In this document: piece after piece, positions 20,117 to 30,149 of the stretch | Layout: each line of letters opens with the position of its first letter | Numbering within the stretch: position 1 is the first letter of the stretch | Source of the DNA: Vulcanimicrobiota bacterium | GTDB taxonomy: Bacteria; Vulcanimicrobiota; Vulcanimicrobiia; Vulcanimicrobiales; Vulcanimicrobiaceae | Length of the DNA: 64,000 bases | Assembly: GCA_963795855.1 (NCBI GenBank) | Contig: CAWCIZ010000001.1 | Location: forward strand, 352,001 to 416,000 | Direction: 5' to 3' | Notes under the pieces: model-generated | What the model was told of the DNA's origin: nothing | The model's database searches: none | Seen by the model: the letters and a program-made list of their open reading frames with translations, nothing else | Translations under genes and position numbers: made by a program

Positions 20117-21555
20117 TTGCCGTCGGGTTTCGCCATGCACGGCGCCATAACGGCGTCCGTCATGCCGTGGATCAGCCGTTTGTCCGCCGGCGCGACGGTC
20201 GCGAGAACTCCGCCGACGTGCACGGTTTCGCCGGTGACGAAATAGTACGGGCACAGCCGCACGCGCCCGTCGAACGTGCGAATTTCATCGTGCTCGGGAT
20301 CGTAGTATTCCTGGCGGACGCGCTTGCCTTTGTGGAACCGCTGTAGGATGCGCGGCGTTTTCTCGTACTCGCCCGTCGCTTCCCGAAGCGTCGCAATCCA
20401 TTCGTCTTTGGTGAGATCGTTCGCGACGCGAACGCCGCGCGACCCCCATGCGAGCTCGGAGAAGCCGGAAGGTTTGACGACGTAGTCGCGCTCGCTCTTG
20501 CCCAAATCGGCGAGCTGCATCCAATCGGACACCGGTGCTCCGCCCGCTTCGAGACCGCCGATCACGCCTTGCGGCGGAAGCGGACGCGGATCGATCACCC
20601 AAGTCTGCGGAAACAACTGCTGCAGCCGCGCGTAGATCGCTCTGCCATCCTTGCCGAGTTCGGATTCCCAAAGTTTTCGCAGCGCCGAGTGATGGAATAG
20701 CGCGAAGCTCAATTTCTCCTCGAGCTGTGCTTTCGGCGGCGGCGTCATCTCGACGCGTTTGTGGCGTGCCGCGTACAGCATCAATTCCTGTTTCGGAACG
20801 TTCAGCAGATCGAAAAGTTCGAAGTTGCGGTAGATCGCATCGATCTTTTCTTCGCGGCCGCCCTCGAAGCGGACGAAAAGCGCGTCTTCGGTGAAGACGA
20901 TGTCTTGCGGTTTGCACACGTACGCGCTCAGGACGTTCAGCTTGCGCAGCGACTCCGCAAGCCATTGCAGTTCGGGACGGTAGTCGCCGGATTCGTCCGA
21001 AACGACGATCGCGACGGCGGAACGTTTTTTACCGGTCGCCGCGTCGAGCATCGCTCCGAATTGTTTCGGAATCCCGTCGGCTCCGCCGACGCTCTCCATG
21101 CCCAAACGGCAATACGCTTGCGTCATCGCGCCGACGAAGCCCATGCCGCCGGGAACGCTGTCGAGTTCGCTCGCGATGAATCCGCCGTCGGTGAGAATCA
21201 AGTCGGGACGCATGATGCCCGGAAGTTCTTGCTTGAACCGGTTCTGCCGGGAGAGACGCACGATGTGCTCGGGTTTGCCCTGATCTAAATACTCCGCGAT
21301 GAACGCCGGGGCCGAGCCGCGCGCGCTGCGGTTGTACAGTGCGTTGAGCGCCCGGTAGAACGCGAGCAGGTCGTTGCCGACGCCGGTGATTTTTTGGATG
21401 GTCGCATCGGACAATGCAAACGGCTCGGGGCTGACGCGCCAGGGGATCCGTTCGTCCAGGTTCTCCACCTTGAAGAGACCGGGCGGGATCGCTTCGTAGA
21501 GGAAGCGCGCTTGCTCACGAGCCGTGAGGTTGGGGGCGAAAGCCGAACAGGCCAT
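20113..21555 (-). CDS. Circularly permuted ATP-grasp / glutathionylspermidine-synthase-like ligase
   Basis: MRPDLILT, SELDSVPGGMG, YVVKPSGFSELAWGSRGV, RVRLCPYY. Start codon uncertain. Confidence 0.65.
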   Translation of the reverse strand: MACSAFAPNLTAREQARFLYEAIPPGLFKVENLDERIPWRVSPEPFALSDATIQKITGVGNDLLAFYRALNALYNRSARGSAPAFIAEYLDQGKPEHIVRLSRQNRFKQELPGIMRPDLILTDGGFIASELDSVPGGMGFVGAMTQAYCRLGMESVGGADGIPKQFGAMLDAATGKKRSAVAIVVSDESGDYRPELQWLAESLRKLNVLSAYVCKPQDIVFTEDALFVRFEGGREEKIDAIYRNFELFDLLNVPKQELMLYAARHKRVEMTPPPKAQLEEKLSFALFHHSALRKLWESELGKDGRAIYARLQQLFPQTWVIDPRPLPPQGVIGGLEAGGAPVSDWMQLADLGKSERDYVVKPSGFSELAWGSRGVRVANDLTKDEWIATLREATGEYEKTPRILQRFHKGKRVRQEYYDPEHDEIRTFDGRVRLCPYYFVTGETVHVGGVLATVAPADKRLIHGMTDAVMAPCMAKPDGN

Positions 21556-21819
21556 TGAAAAGCTACAATCCTCCCAGTCGATAGCGACCATGGATGGCCG
21601 CACGCCGGGCGCGACGGGAAGTCGCACCGGCCGGCCAACCGTCGGGGATTTTTGACATGCCGAAGGCGATGTATCGGCGCCGCATCAGCCCCTAGAATAC
21701 CCCAAATGGCGTCGAAGTTGCAGCTTGCTCCGCCCGGCAATGCCCTACAAAAAAATGAGCCGTCCAGCCTAAGGTGAACCTAAAATAATGACGTAAGTCA
21801 TTTTTGGAGGTACCACCAC

Positions 21820-22323
21820 ATGACCAAGTTAGCGATCGCCGCGGCGGTATGCGTAGCGTTCTTTGCCGGCATGCTGACGCCGCATACGTTCGCAGCAGTG
21901 AGCGCCGCACCGGTTTCCGCCGTCTCGCCGGCTCAGGGATGGAACCTGCACATCGACGCGGAGAAGCATTTTGATGCCCACCCGGCTGAGATCGCGCACC
22001 ACTGGTGCAAAGCCGTCGCAGATTCGATGTTGGAATGCCAGATTTACGACAGCGACGCACCCAACGCGCACCTCGTGGCCGTCGAAACGATTGTGAATCC
22101 GGCCGCGTATCGAAGCTTCCCGGCCGAGGAACAGGCGCTGTGGCACTACCACAAGACGGAAATCCCGAAGGTCAATGCCACCCTTCCCGGCCTCTCGCCG
22201 GCACAGCAGAAACAGGTCGTCGAGCAGATCAGCGACACGTATGGGAAGATTTGGCTGCTCTACGACCCGCTCGCTACCGGCGGAATGCCCACCGGACGGC
22301 CGACGGTAACGGTCCTGAAGTAG
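21820..22323 (+). CDS. DUF1264/OBAP-like secreted protein
   Basis: GGAGG SD, signal peptide, AHHWC...CQIYDSD...LVAVE...LWHYHKTE...YGK. Confidence 0.75.
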   Translation: MTKLAIAAAVCVAFFAGMLTPHTFAAVSAAPVSAVSPAQGWNLHIDAEKHFDAHPAEIAHHWCKAVADSMLECQIYDSDAPNAHLVAVETIVNPAAYRSFPAEEQALWHYHKTEIPKVNATLPGLSPAQQKQVVEQISDTYGKIWLLYDPLATGGMPTGRPTVTVLK

Positions 22324-22326
22324 CTC

Positions 22327-22719
22327 CTACTTCACCGTAATGGCGCCCGGCGTGAGCATGGCGCTGTCGACGCGCACCGTTCCGCCCTGCAAAAGCAGGG
22401 TCAGGTGCAGCACGCCCTGCATTCCGAGGCGCTCGAGCGGCAGATCTTGGATGGTGCGCGACGCCTCTTCGCCGGCGATGAATTGCAGCGTTGCGTCCTG
22501 ACTGACGGACCCGTGCGCCGTGGAGAACCGCTCGCTGACCCGGATCGGTAAATCGCGGCCTGGAGCCGCCGTGGCGGCGCCGGAAACGCAGTATGTCGCG
22601 GCCAGCGGCGTACCGCGGACGTTCAGCGTCTCGTGCGTGCAACGCACTGCGGGCTGCGCCTGCGCGGCGCCTCCGAGGGACAAGGCAAGCGCGGTTGCCA
22701 GGGCTATTCGGCGCTCCAT
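22327..22719 (-). CDS. Hypothetical secreted protein
   Basis: Signal peptide ending AAQA; one Cys pair. Confidence 0.65.
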   Translation of the reverse strand: MERRIALATALALSLGGAAQAQPAVRCTHETLNVRGTPLAATYCVSGAATAAPGRDLPIRVSERFSTAHGSVSQDATLQFIAGEEASRTIQDLPLERLGMQGVLHLTLLLQGGTVRVDSAMLTPGAITVK

Positions 22720-22834
22720 GTTCTTATAACGTTACGCACGGGACTTTTGACTCCCGCCGGTCGTTCTGCCGACATAGTAAGAGTAGACACTCTTGCGGAC
22801 GCGCGGATTTGACGCGGGGTATACCATGTACGTG

Positions 22835-23650
22835 ATGCCTTTTGACCTCATTGCACTCGATCTCGACGGCACGCTCCTGAATTCACGCGAAGACATTTCG
22901 CCGCGCAACCGCCGCGCAATCCGTGCGGCGCTGGATGCCGGCATTCGCATCGTGCTCGTCACCGGTCGAGGCGTCGATACACCCATCCGCATCAGCAAAG
23001 AGCTGGGCTTGAATTTGCCGATCATCTGCGCGCACGGCGCGCTCACCAAAGATTTTTTGGCGAACAAGACGCTCGGCCACGTGCCGGTCCCGCTGCAATA
23101 CGCCAAACCGATGGTCGAATTCGCCGAGCGTAACGGCCTGTCGATCGCGCTGTATTCCGAAGAGTTCTTTTACCGGCTCGAAGGCTCGAGGCTGTACATG
23201 GACGACATGACCGGCCCCGCATGGCGGGAGGTCAAAACGTTTGAAGACGTCATGCGCGCCGCGCCGACGTTCGTCCGCTTTCTCGGCAAGGAATCCGTCG
23301 AAGCGATGCAGCGCGAGTTCGGCGATTTGCCGCTGCATTTCAAGATCGAGCATTGGCTCGATTTCGTCGAATGCGCCGTCACGAGCCGCGATGCCACCAA
23401 ACAGCGCGCGCTCGCGCGGCTTTGCGCCGACTTCCAAATTCCGGCGGAGCGCGTGCTCGCAGTAGGCGATTCGCGCAACGACGTGCCGATGCTGCGCTGG
23501 GCGGGCATGGGCATTGCGATGGGCAACGCGCTCCCGGAAGTGCGTCAGTCGGTGGGCCACCTCACGGCTACGAACGACGAGGACGGCGTGGCGCTGGCGC
23601 TGGAGCGGTTCGCGCTTCCGCCGCCGCGCATGCAGAAGAAACCCGCCTAG
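22835..23650 (+). CDS. Cof-type HAD-IIB hydrolase
   Basis: LDLDGTLL, TGR, GDSRNDVPML, NDEDGVA. Confidence 0.92.
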   Translation: MPFDLIALDLDGTLLNSREDISPRNRRAIRAALDAGIRIVLVTGRGVDTPIRISKELGLNLPIICAHGALTKDFLANKTLGHVPVPLQYAKPMVEFAERNGLSIALYSEEFFYRLEGSRLYMDDMTGPAWREVKTFEDVMRAAPTFVRFLGKESVEAMQREFGDLPLHFKIEHWLDFVECAVTSRDATKQRALARLCADFQIPAERVLAVGDSRNDVPMLRWAGMGIAMGNALPEVRQSVGHLTATNDEDGVALALERFALPPPRMQKKPA

Positions 23651-23652
23651 CA

Positions 23653-23910
23653 GTGAATCAACCCCCGCCCAGTCCGGAATACGAAGCGCGGCTGCGCGCG
23701 ATACTGACCGATCGCGACTGGGAAGCGCTGCGCGAATTTTCACGCGAGCAAAATCAAATCCCCGACGACATCTACAACAAGGACCGGCACTTTTGGGAAG
23801 TGCTGATGCATAAACTGATCTGCAATCGCATCGATACGCTGGGATTGCAGGAAAGTTCGCGCCAATGGCTGGCGGACAACGGGTACACCGCGGACCTGGG
23901 AGACGTGTAG
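23653..23910 (+). CDS. Hypothetical protein
   Basis: Short helical ORF that exactly fills the gap between cof and moaD. Confidence 0.6.
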   Translation: MNQPPPSPEYEARLRAILTDRDWEALREFSREQNQIPDDIYNKDRHFWEVLMHKLICNRIDTLGLQESSRQWLADNGYTADLGDV

Positions 23911-24159
23911 ATGCTCGTGCGGGTACTCGCATTCGCGCGCATGCGCGAACTGCTCGGAGGCGCGTCGCACGACCTGCAGATCGAGGACGGTGCGACGGTC
24001 GCGGACGTGTGGGATGCGCTTGCCGCAGGCCACGACGCGATCGTACCGCTGATCGGCTCTACCCGCATCGCGCGCAACGGGCGCGTCGTCACGGATTCCA
24101 GCGAACTGGTGCGCGACGGCGACGAGCTCTCGCTCTTGCCGCCGGTCGGCGGCGGCTGA
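23911..24159 (+). CDS. moaD: Molybdopterin synthase sulfur carrier subunit
   Basis: Ubiquitin-like fold ending LPPVGGG. Confidence 0.92.
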   Translation: MLVRVLAFARMRELLGGASHDLQIEDGATVADVWDALAAGHDAIVPLIGSTRIARNGRVVTDSSELVRDGDELSLLPPVGGG

Positions 24160-24599
24160 TGTTCGAGATTACCGCCGGCGCGATCGATGCGGCTTCCGTA
24201 GAGCAGCGGGTTCGTTCGCGGGCGAACGGAGCCGTGGTAACCTTCTCGGGTATCGTGCGCGAAAAATCGGACGACGACCGGCTCGTTACGGGACTTTCGT
24301 ACGAGGCGCATGCGTCGATGGCCACTGAGGAATTTGCGCGGATCGCGGACGAAGCGCGGGAGCGTTTCGGCGCATGCGACGTTGCGGTCGTGCATCGCAC
24401 CGGCGACTTGCAGGTCGGTGAAATCGCCGTGGTTGTTGCCGTTGCCGCGGCGCACCGCGCAGCAGCGTTCGACGCATGCGAATACGTCATCGACGAACTC
24501 AAACGCCGAGCGCCGATTTGGAAGAAGGAACGGTACGCCGACGGCGGCGCGGGTGTTTGGAAGTCGAATGAATGTAACGCTGCATCGCATCAGCGCTGA
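24159..24599 (+). CDS. moaE: Molybdopterin synthase catalytic subunit
   Basis: GAVVTFSGIVR, HRTG, AHR..AF, PIWKKE. Confidence 0.94.
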   Translation: MFEITAGAIDAASVEQRVRSRANGAVVTFSGIVREKSDDDRLVTGLSYEAHASMATEEFARIADEARERFGACDVAVVHRTGDLQVGEIAVVVAVAAAHRAAAFDACEYVIDELKRRAPIWKKERYADGGAGVWKSNECNAASHQR

Positions 24600-25284
24600 G
24601 AACAATCCGGTCGCGATACTCGAATACGAGCCGCGGCGTTCGCGCGGCGTTACGGTCGTCGCGGGCCACGGCTACTCGAGTTCCAAACACAATTTGGATT
24701 TTCTCTGCAATTTTTTAGCCGGCCACGGGTACGCGCTTTTCAGTCTGGATTTTCCCGGACACAAACTCGGCGCCGGCGGCGGAACGCTTCGCGGAATCGA
24801 GGACTTGACCGATGCGATGGGCGCGGCCGTCGCGTTCGCACGGTCGCATACCGATGGGCCGCTGTACGTCATGGGACACAGCATGGGCGCGATGACGGCG
24901 CTGTTCACGGCGGCCGCGGATTCCTCGATCGCCGGAACGATTGCGATTACGACCGGCTACGGCCGGCCGAGCGCCATAGACGCGTTGCGGGGAAAGGGCG
25001 TTACGGATTTTCGCTCGGCGTACGTCGACGGTGTCGCACTTCCGGAATTGGTCGAAGGCGTGGACGAACGTTTCGCGCAGGCGCTGCCGCGTTTGGCTGG
25101 GCGCCCGCAGCTGTACGTTGCCGCGCAGCGCGACGCGATGGTCAGCCGGCGCAGCGTCGAAGACCTCTATCACCGTGCGCCCGAACCGAAAACTTTCGTG
25201 CTCATCGACAGCGATCATACGTACGCCGGCGACAACGCGCGAGGCCAAGTGCTGCAATGGCTGAACGGCTTGCATCCCCGCTGA
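24568..25284 (+). CDS. Alpha/beta hydrolase
   Basis: HGY, DFPGH, GHSMG nucleophile elbow. Confidence 0.88.
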   Translation: MNVTLHRISAENNPVAILEYEPRRSRGVTVVAGHGYSSSKHNLDFLCNFLAGHGYALFSLDFPGHKLGAGGGTLRGIEDLTDAMGAAVAFARSHTDGPLYVMGHSMGAMTALFTAAADSSIAGTIAITTGYGRPSAIDALRGKGVTDFRSAYVDGVALPELVEGVDERFAQALPRLAGRPQLYVAAQRDAMVSRRSVEDLYHRAPEPKTFVLIDSDHTYAGDNARGQVLQWLNGLHPR

Positions 25285-26377
25285 TCGCGGGACTTCGACG
25301 GTACAGCAGGCACCTGCTCATTCCGGAAGTCGGCGTTGCGGGACAAGAGCGGCTCGCGTCCGCGCGGGTGCTCTGCATCGGCGCGGGCGGATTGGGCTCG
25401 CCGGTGCTGCAGTACTTGGCGGCCGCGGGAGTCGGGCGTATCGGCGTCATGGATGACGACGCCGTAGACGAAAGCAATCTCCAGCGCCAGACGATATTCG
25501 CAACCTCGGACGTCGGCAAGCCGAAAGCGCAAGTCGCCGCGCAGCGCGTGCGCGAGATCAACCCTTTGGTTGCCGCGGATCCCATTCAGCTCGATTCGAC
25601 GCGGCGAATGCGCGCGAACTCGTGCGGTTGTACGACGTCGTCGTCGACTGCACGGATCGTTTCGAAACGCGATATCTCGTCAATGACGCATGTGCGCTCG
25701 AAGATACGCCCGACGTCTATGGATCGATCTTCCGGTTCGACGGCCAAGTCAGCGTTTTCGCGCGCGGCCGCGGGCCATGTTACCGCTGTTTATTTCCGCA
25801 GGCGCCGCCCGCCGGCACGGTGCCGACGTGCGCCGAAGGCGGCGTTCTCGGCGTTTTGGCCGGCATCGTCGGCACCATGCAGGCGAATGAAGCGCTCAAA
25901 CTGGTGCTGGGTATCGGCGAACCGCTCATCGGGCGACTGCTGCTGGTCGACGCACTCGGCGCGCGAATGCGCGAGGTCACGATCGAGCGCGATCCGGCGT
26001 GTCCGCTCTGCGGAACGCAGGCGTCCATCACCAGCGTCGTAGCGGAGCCGGCGGAAGATGAACCTTCCGACGTGGATGAGATCGAGGCCGCACTGCTCGA
26101 CGACGTCTTGCGCGACGCGGTGCTTCTCGACGTGCGTGAACCGCACGAAGCCGCGCTCGGCACGGTGGAACGGTCGGTGCACATTCCCGCCTCGCAGCTT
26201 CCCGGGCGGCTGCACGAATTGAACTCCGCTAACCGGTACGTCGTCGCGTGCCGCGTCGGACAAAAATCGCTCTGGGCAGCCCGCTTGCTGCGCGACGCGG
26301 GATTCCGGCGTATCCTGCACCTGCGCGGCGGATTGCTGGCGTATGCCGCGCAGCACGATGAATTCGCGTTCTTTTGA
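25257..26377 (+). CDS. moeB: MoeB/ThiF adenylyltransferase with C-terminal rhodanese domain (frameshift near 25600)
   Basis: RYSRHL, GAGGLG, SNLQRQ in one frame; PCYRC, CPLC and the rhodanese domain in a second frame. Confidence 0.9.
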
Positions 26378-26378
26378 G

Positions 26379-27227
26379 ATGCAAACCAAACCGTTCGGAC
26401 CCGGTCGCGTGGAAGTCGCGACGATCGGCCAAGGCACGTGGGATATTCCGGAAAGCGGTGCTCGGCGCTCGGAGGCGATTGCTGCGCTGCGGCGCGGGAT
26501 CGCGCTCGGACTCACGCACATCGACACCGCGGAAATGTACGGCAGCGGCGGCGCCGAGGAGATCGTCGGCGAAGCCATTGCCGGCATTCCGCGCGAATCG
26601 CTGTTCGTTACGAGCAAGGTGCTGCCGAGCAACGCGAGCTACAAAGGTACGCTCGAGGCCTGCGAGCGCTCTCTGCGCCGCATCGGCACGGCGTATCTCG
26701 ATCTCTACTTGCTGCACTGGCCGGGTTCGCATCCGCTCGAGGAAACGATGCGGGCTTTGGAAACGCTCGTCGAACAAGGCAAGGCGCGCTTCATCGGCGT
26801 GAGCAATTTCGACGTCGACGACGTGCGCGAGGCCCAGTCGTACCTGCGCACCGTTCCGCTCGCGAGCGACCAGGTGCTGTATCATCTGCGCGAGCGCGGA
26901 CCCGAAGCGCAACTGGTGCCGTACTGCGCGCGCGAACGCATCGCGCTGGTCGGATATACGCCGTTCGGCCGCGGACGATTTCCGCGAACGCAAGCGCAGC
27001 CTGACGGCGTGCTCGGGCGCGTCGCTGCCGCATGCGGCAAGACGGTCCGGCAAGTCATTTTGAATTTCCTCACGCGCGAACCGCATGCGTTCGCGATACC
27101 GAAAGCTTCCCGCGTCGAACATGTGGAAGAGAATGCCGGCGCGAGCGGGTGGACGCTGAGCGCAGAGCAAGCCGCAGCGATCGACGCTGCATTTCCGGTG
27201 CATGCGGGACCGCTCGCAAGCCTCTGA
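26379..27227 (+). CDS. Aldo/keto reductase
   Basis: IGQGTW, DTAEMYG, YLLHWP, GVSNF, IPKA. Confidence 0.94.
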   Translation: MQTKPFGPGRVEVATIGQGTWDIPESGARRSEAIAALRRGIALGLTHIDTAEMYGSGGAEEIVGEAIAGIPRESLFVTSKVLPSNASYKGTLEACERSLRRIGTAYLDLYLLHWPGSHPLEETMRALETLVEQGKARFIGVSNFDVDDVREAQSYLRTVPLASDQVLYHLRERGPEAQLVPYCARERIALVGYTPFGRGRFPRTQAQPDGVLGRVAAACGKTVRQVILNFLTREPHAFAIPKASRVEHVEENAGASGWTLSAEQAAAIDAAFPVHAGPLASL

Positions 27228-28382
27228 TCCGGAGGCGATAAAACGTCTGGCATGCCGAGCCGCGATCGAACTCGGAGCGGCGGACGTGCGCGTGGCACCG
27301 GCGCATACGGATGAAACGGCGCGCCAAGCGATGCGCGCCGCGTTCGCTCGCGGCGACTTCACGACCTGGCGCTACGACGACGACTACGCGCGAAAAGCGT
27401 CTGCTCCGGAACACGTACTCGTAGGCGCGCGCAGCGTCATCTGCATTGCGATGCCCTATCGCACCGGCGAACCCGATCGCGCGCCGCTTTCGGGCCGCGT
27501 TTCGAACTATGCGTGGTCGGCCGATTATCACCGGCGCGTGAAAGCACTGCTCGCGGAAGTTGCGCGCCGCATCGACGAGGCCGCCGGCGCGAACGTTACG
27601 GCGATCGCGTGCGACACTAAGCCCCTTGCGGAGCGCGCTTTCGCTGCGCGCGCGGGACTCGGATGGGTCGGCAAACATACGAATCTCATCAATCCTCGAG
27701 CGGGCTCGTTCGTATTCTTGGGTGAGATCGTCACCACGATCGCGCTTGCGCCCGATACGCCGCTCAAGAAGTCTTGCGGGAGCTGCTCGCGTTGCGTCTC
27801 CGCGTGCCCGACCGGGGCGCTGCGCGGCGATTACACGATCGACGCGACGCGGTGTATCGCCGACCTCACGCAGCGCACCGATGCAATTCCGCGCGAGATG
27901 CGCGGACTCGTGGGGACGTGGGTGTGGGGCTGCGATCTCTGCCAAATCGCGTGCCCGCCGAACGATCGGCGCATCGGTTCGCGCCGGCGAAAGCAACCGG
28001 CCGCTCTGGGCGGACGCCGCGACGCCCTCGCTGATAAGCCTGCTCCGCCTGCGCAGCGGCGACTTCAAAAGGACGTACGCGAAAACGGCAATGGGTTGGC
28101 GCGGTGCCGCGGTTTTGCGCCGTAACGCCGCCGTCGCATTAGGCAATACGCTCGATCGCAGCGCCGTTCCGGCGCTTGTTCGCACAATAACCGAGGATCC
28201 GCATGCGATGGTGCGCGGGCACGCGGCATGGGCGCTCGGCCGCATCGGCGCGCAACGCTGCGATCGAGCGCTTGCGCGCAGCTCTGCAAATGGAACCGGA
28301 CGAGAGCGTCCGCTCCGAGATAAGGGCGGCGCTCGATGACGCCGGAACCACGCACGACGCGTGCGCGTTACAGCGGGTATGA
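27202..28382 (+). CDS. queG: Epoxyqueuosine reductase with HEAT-repeat tail (frameshifts near 27970 and 28255)
   Basis: YAWSADYH, GWVGKHT, CGSCSRCVSACPTGA, GCDLCQIACP, then RRNAAVALGN, HAAWAL, EPDESVRSE in successive frames. Confidence 0.9.
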
Positions 28383-29029
28383 AGCGAATCGTTTCGGCGG
28401 CTGCCGCGCTGGTTTTCGCTTGTGCCGCCGCGGCCGTTTCGCTCGTGCCGGCGCACGCGGCCAATCCGGCAATCGCGGATCTGGTCAAACGCATGACCGC
28501 GGCCGACGACCTGCGCAGCTACACGGCGAGCGTTCACGCGGACATTGCGATGCATTCATTTCCGTATTTGAGCCCTTCGCTCGACGGCACGTATTATCAC
28601 AAAGAGCCGAGCAAAAATAAGATCGTTTTCACCAGTGGACTGCCGTTCATTGCCCAACAGTTCAGCAAAGTGTACCCGCAGGTCGAAAGCCCGGCGCGCT
28701 GGGACGCGGTTTATGACATGGCGGTCGAGAGTACGGACGGATCCTACACGACGTTGAAACTGGTGCCGCGCAAGCACGGGCGCATCGATCACATCGACGC
28801 GAAGATCGACGACCGCACCGCCGATCTCGTTCAACTGCGCTGGAATTACAACGACGGCGGGTACGCGACGCTGGATCAGAGTTACGGCGTCGTCGACGGC
28901 CACCGGCTGGTCACGCAGCAGACGGGGCACCTGGACGTTCCGCACTACAACGCGGACCTGAAATCGACGTTCAGCGCCTTCAAACTCAACGCCGACATCC
29001 CGGATTCGATCTTCGCTGATAACGGCTAG
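28379..29029 (+). CDS. Secreted LolA-like / lipoprotein-sorting-fold protein
   Basis: Signal peptide, beta-rich body, terminal LNADIPDSIF. Confidence 0.6.
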   Translation: MKRIVSAAAALVFACAAAAVSLVPAHAANPAIADLVKRMTAADDLRSYTASVHADIAMHSFPYLSPSLDGTYYHKEPSKNKIVFTSGLPFIAQQFSKVYPQVESPARWDAVYDMAVESTDGSYTTLKLVPRKHGRIDHIDAKIDDRTADLVQLRWNYNDGGYATLDQSYGVVDGHRLVTQQTGHLDVPHYNADLKSTFSAFKLNADIPDSIFADNG

Positions 29030-29065
29030 CGCGGGGGAAGCTGCGCGTTCGCGGGAATAAGCGCA

Positions 29066-30086
29066 GTGATGGCCGCTCCAATCCTCGACCTGACGCGCGA
29101 ACTGCTCGCGGATCAGTTCAACCGGCCCGTTACGTACGTTCGCATCTCGGTCACGGACAAGTGCAATCTTCGCTGCGTGTACTGCATGCCGGAGCACGGC
29201 CTGCCCTGGCTGCCGAAGAGCGACATCCTTTCGTACGAGGAGATCGCCCAGCTCGGTACGGGCTTTCGCATCGGCGGGCGTGCGCAGCATCCGCTTATCC
29301 GGCGGTGAGCCGCTGATACGCAAGAATCTGGCCCGCCTCGTTGAGGAAATTTCCGCAATCGACGGTATCGACGACATTTCGCTCTCGACGAACGCGCTGC
29401 TGCTGGAAGAGCATGCCGACGCGCTGGCTGCGGCGGGATTGAGGCGCGTAAACGTTTCGCTGGACACGCTTCGCGAAGAGCGCTTTTTCGAAATCGCTCG
29501 GCGCCCCGGGCTCGACCGCGTCATCGCCGGAATCGATGCGGCGATCGCTCGCGGCCTCGAACCCGTCAAAATCAATTGCGTGGTCATGCGCGGCGTCAAC
29601 GACGATGAGATCGAAGCGTTCGCGCAGTGGACGCGCGAGCGCGCGGTCTACGTGCGCTTCATCGAACTGATGCCGGTTCAAGAGAATCTCGGCATCCAGC
29701 GCGACGCGTATATGAGCGCGGACGAAATACTCGAGCGCGTTGCACGCATCGGCGAATTGCAGCCGTCCGCCGGACCCGGAGGTAATGGTCCGGCGCGCTA
29801 TTTCGCGTTCGCGGGCAGCGCAGGCGCCGTCGGCGTCATCAGTCCGCTCTCGCACGATTACTGCGAGCGGTGCAACCGGGTGAGATTGACGGCGGACGGC
29901 CGGCTGCGGCTCTGCTTGTTCGGCGACCACGAAATCGATCTGCGAACGCCGCTGCGGGAAGGCGCCTCGAGTGAAGAGCTGGCGAGCATGCTGCACGCGG
30001 CAATGCTGATAAAACCCGAACGGCACCATCTCAGACTCGGCGAGGCGGCTTCGCGCATGCGCGCTTTCAGCGAAATCGGCGGCTGA
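29066..30086 (+). CDS. moaA: GTP 3',8-cyclase (frameshift near 29255)
   Basis: [31 protein letters not shown]-terminal IGG. Confidence 0.94.
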
Positions 30087-30149
30087 CCGGCCGAGGGGGC
30101 CGTCACACCGCGCCGAACCTCGACGTTACAAGGCAAAGGGGGCCAGGAC

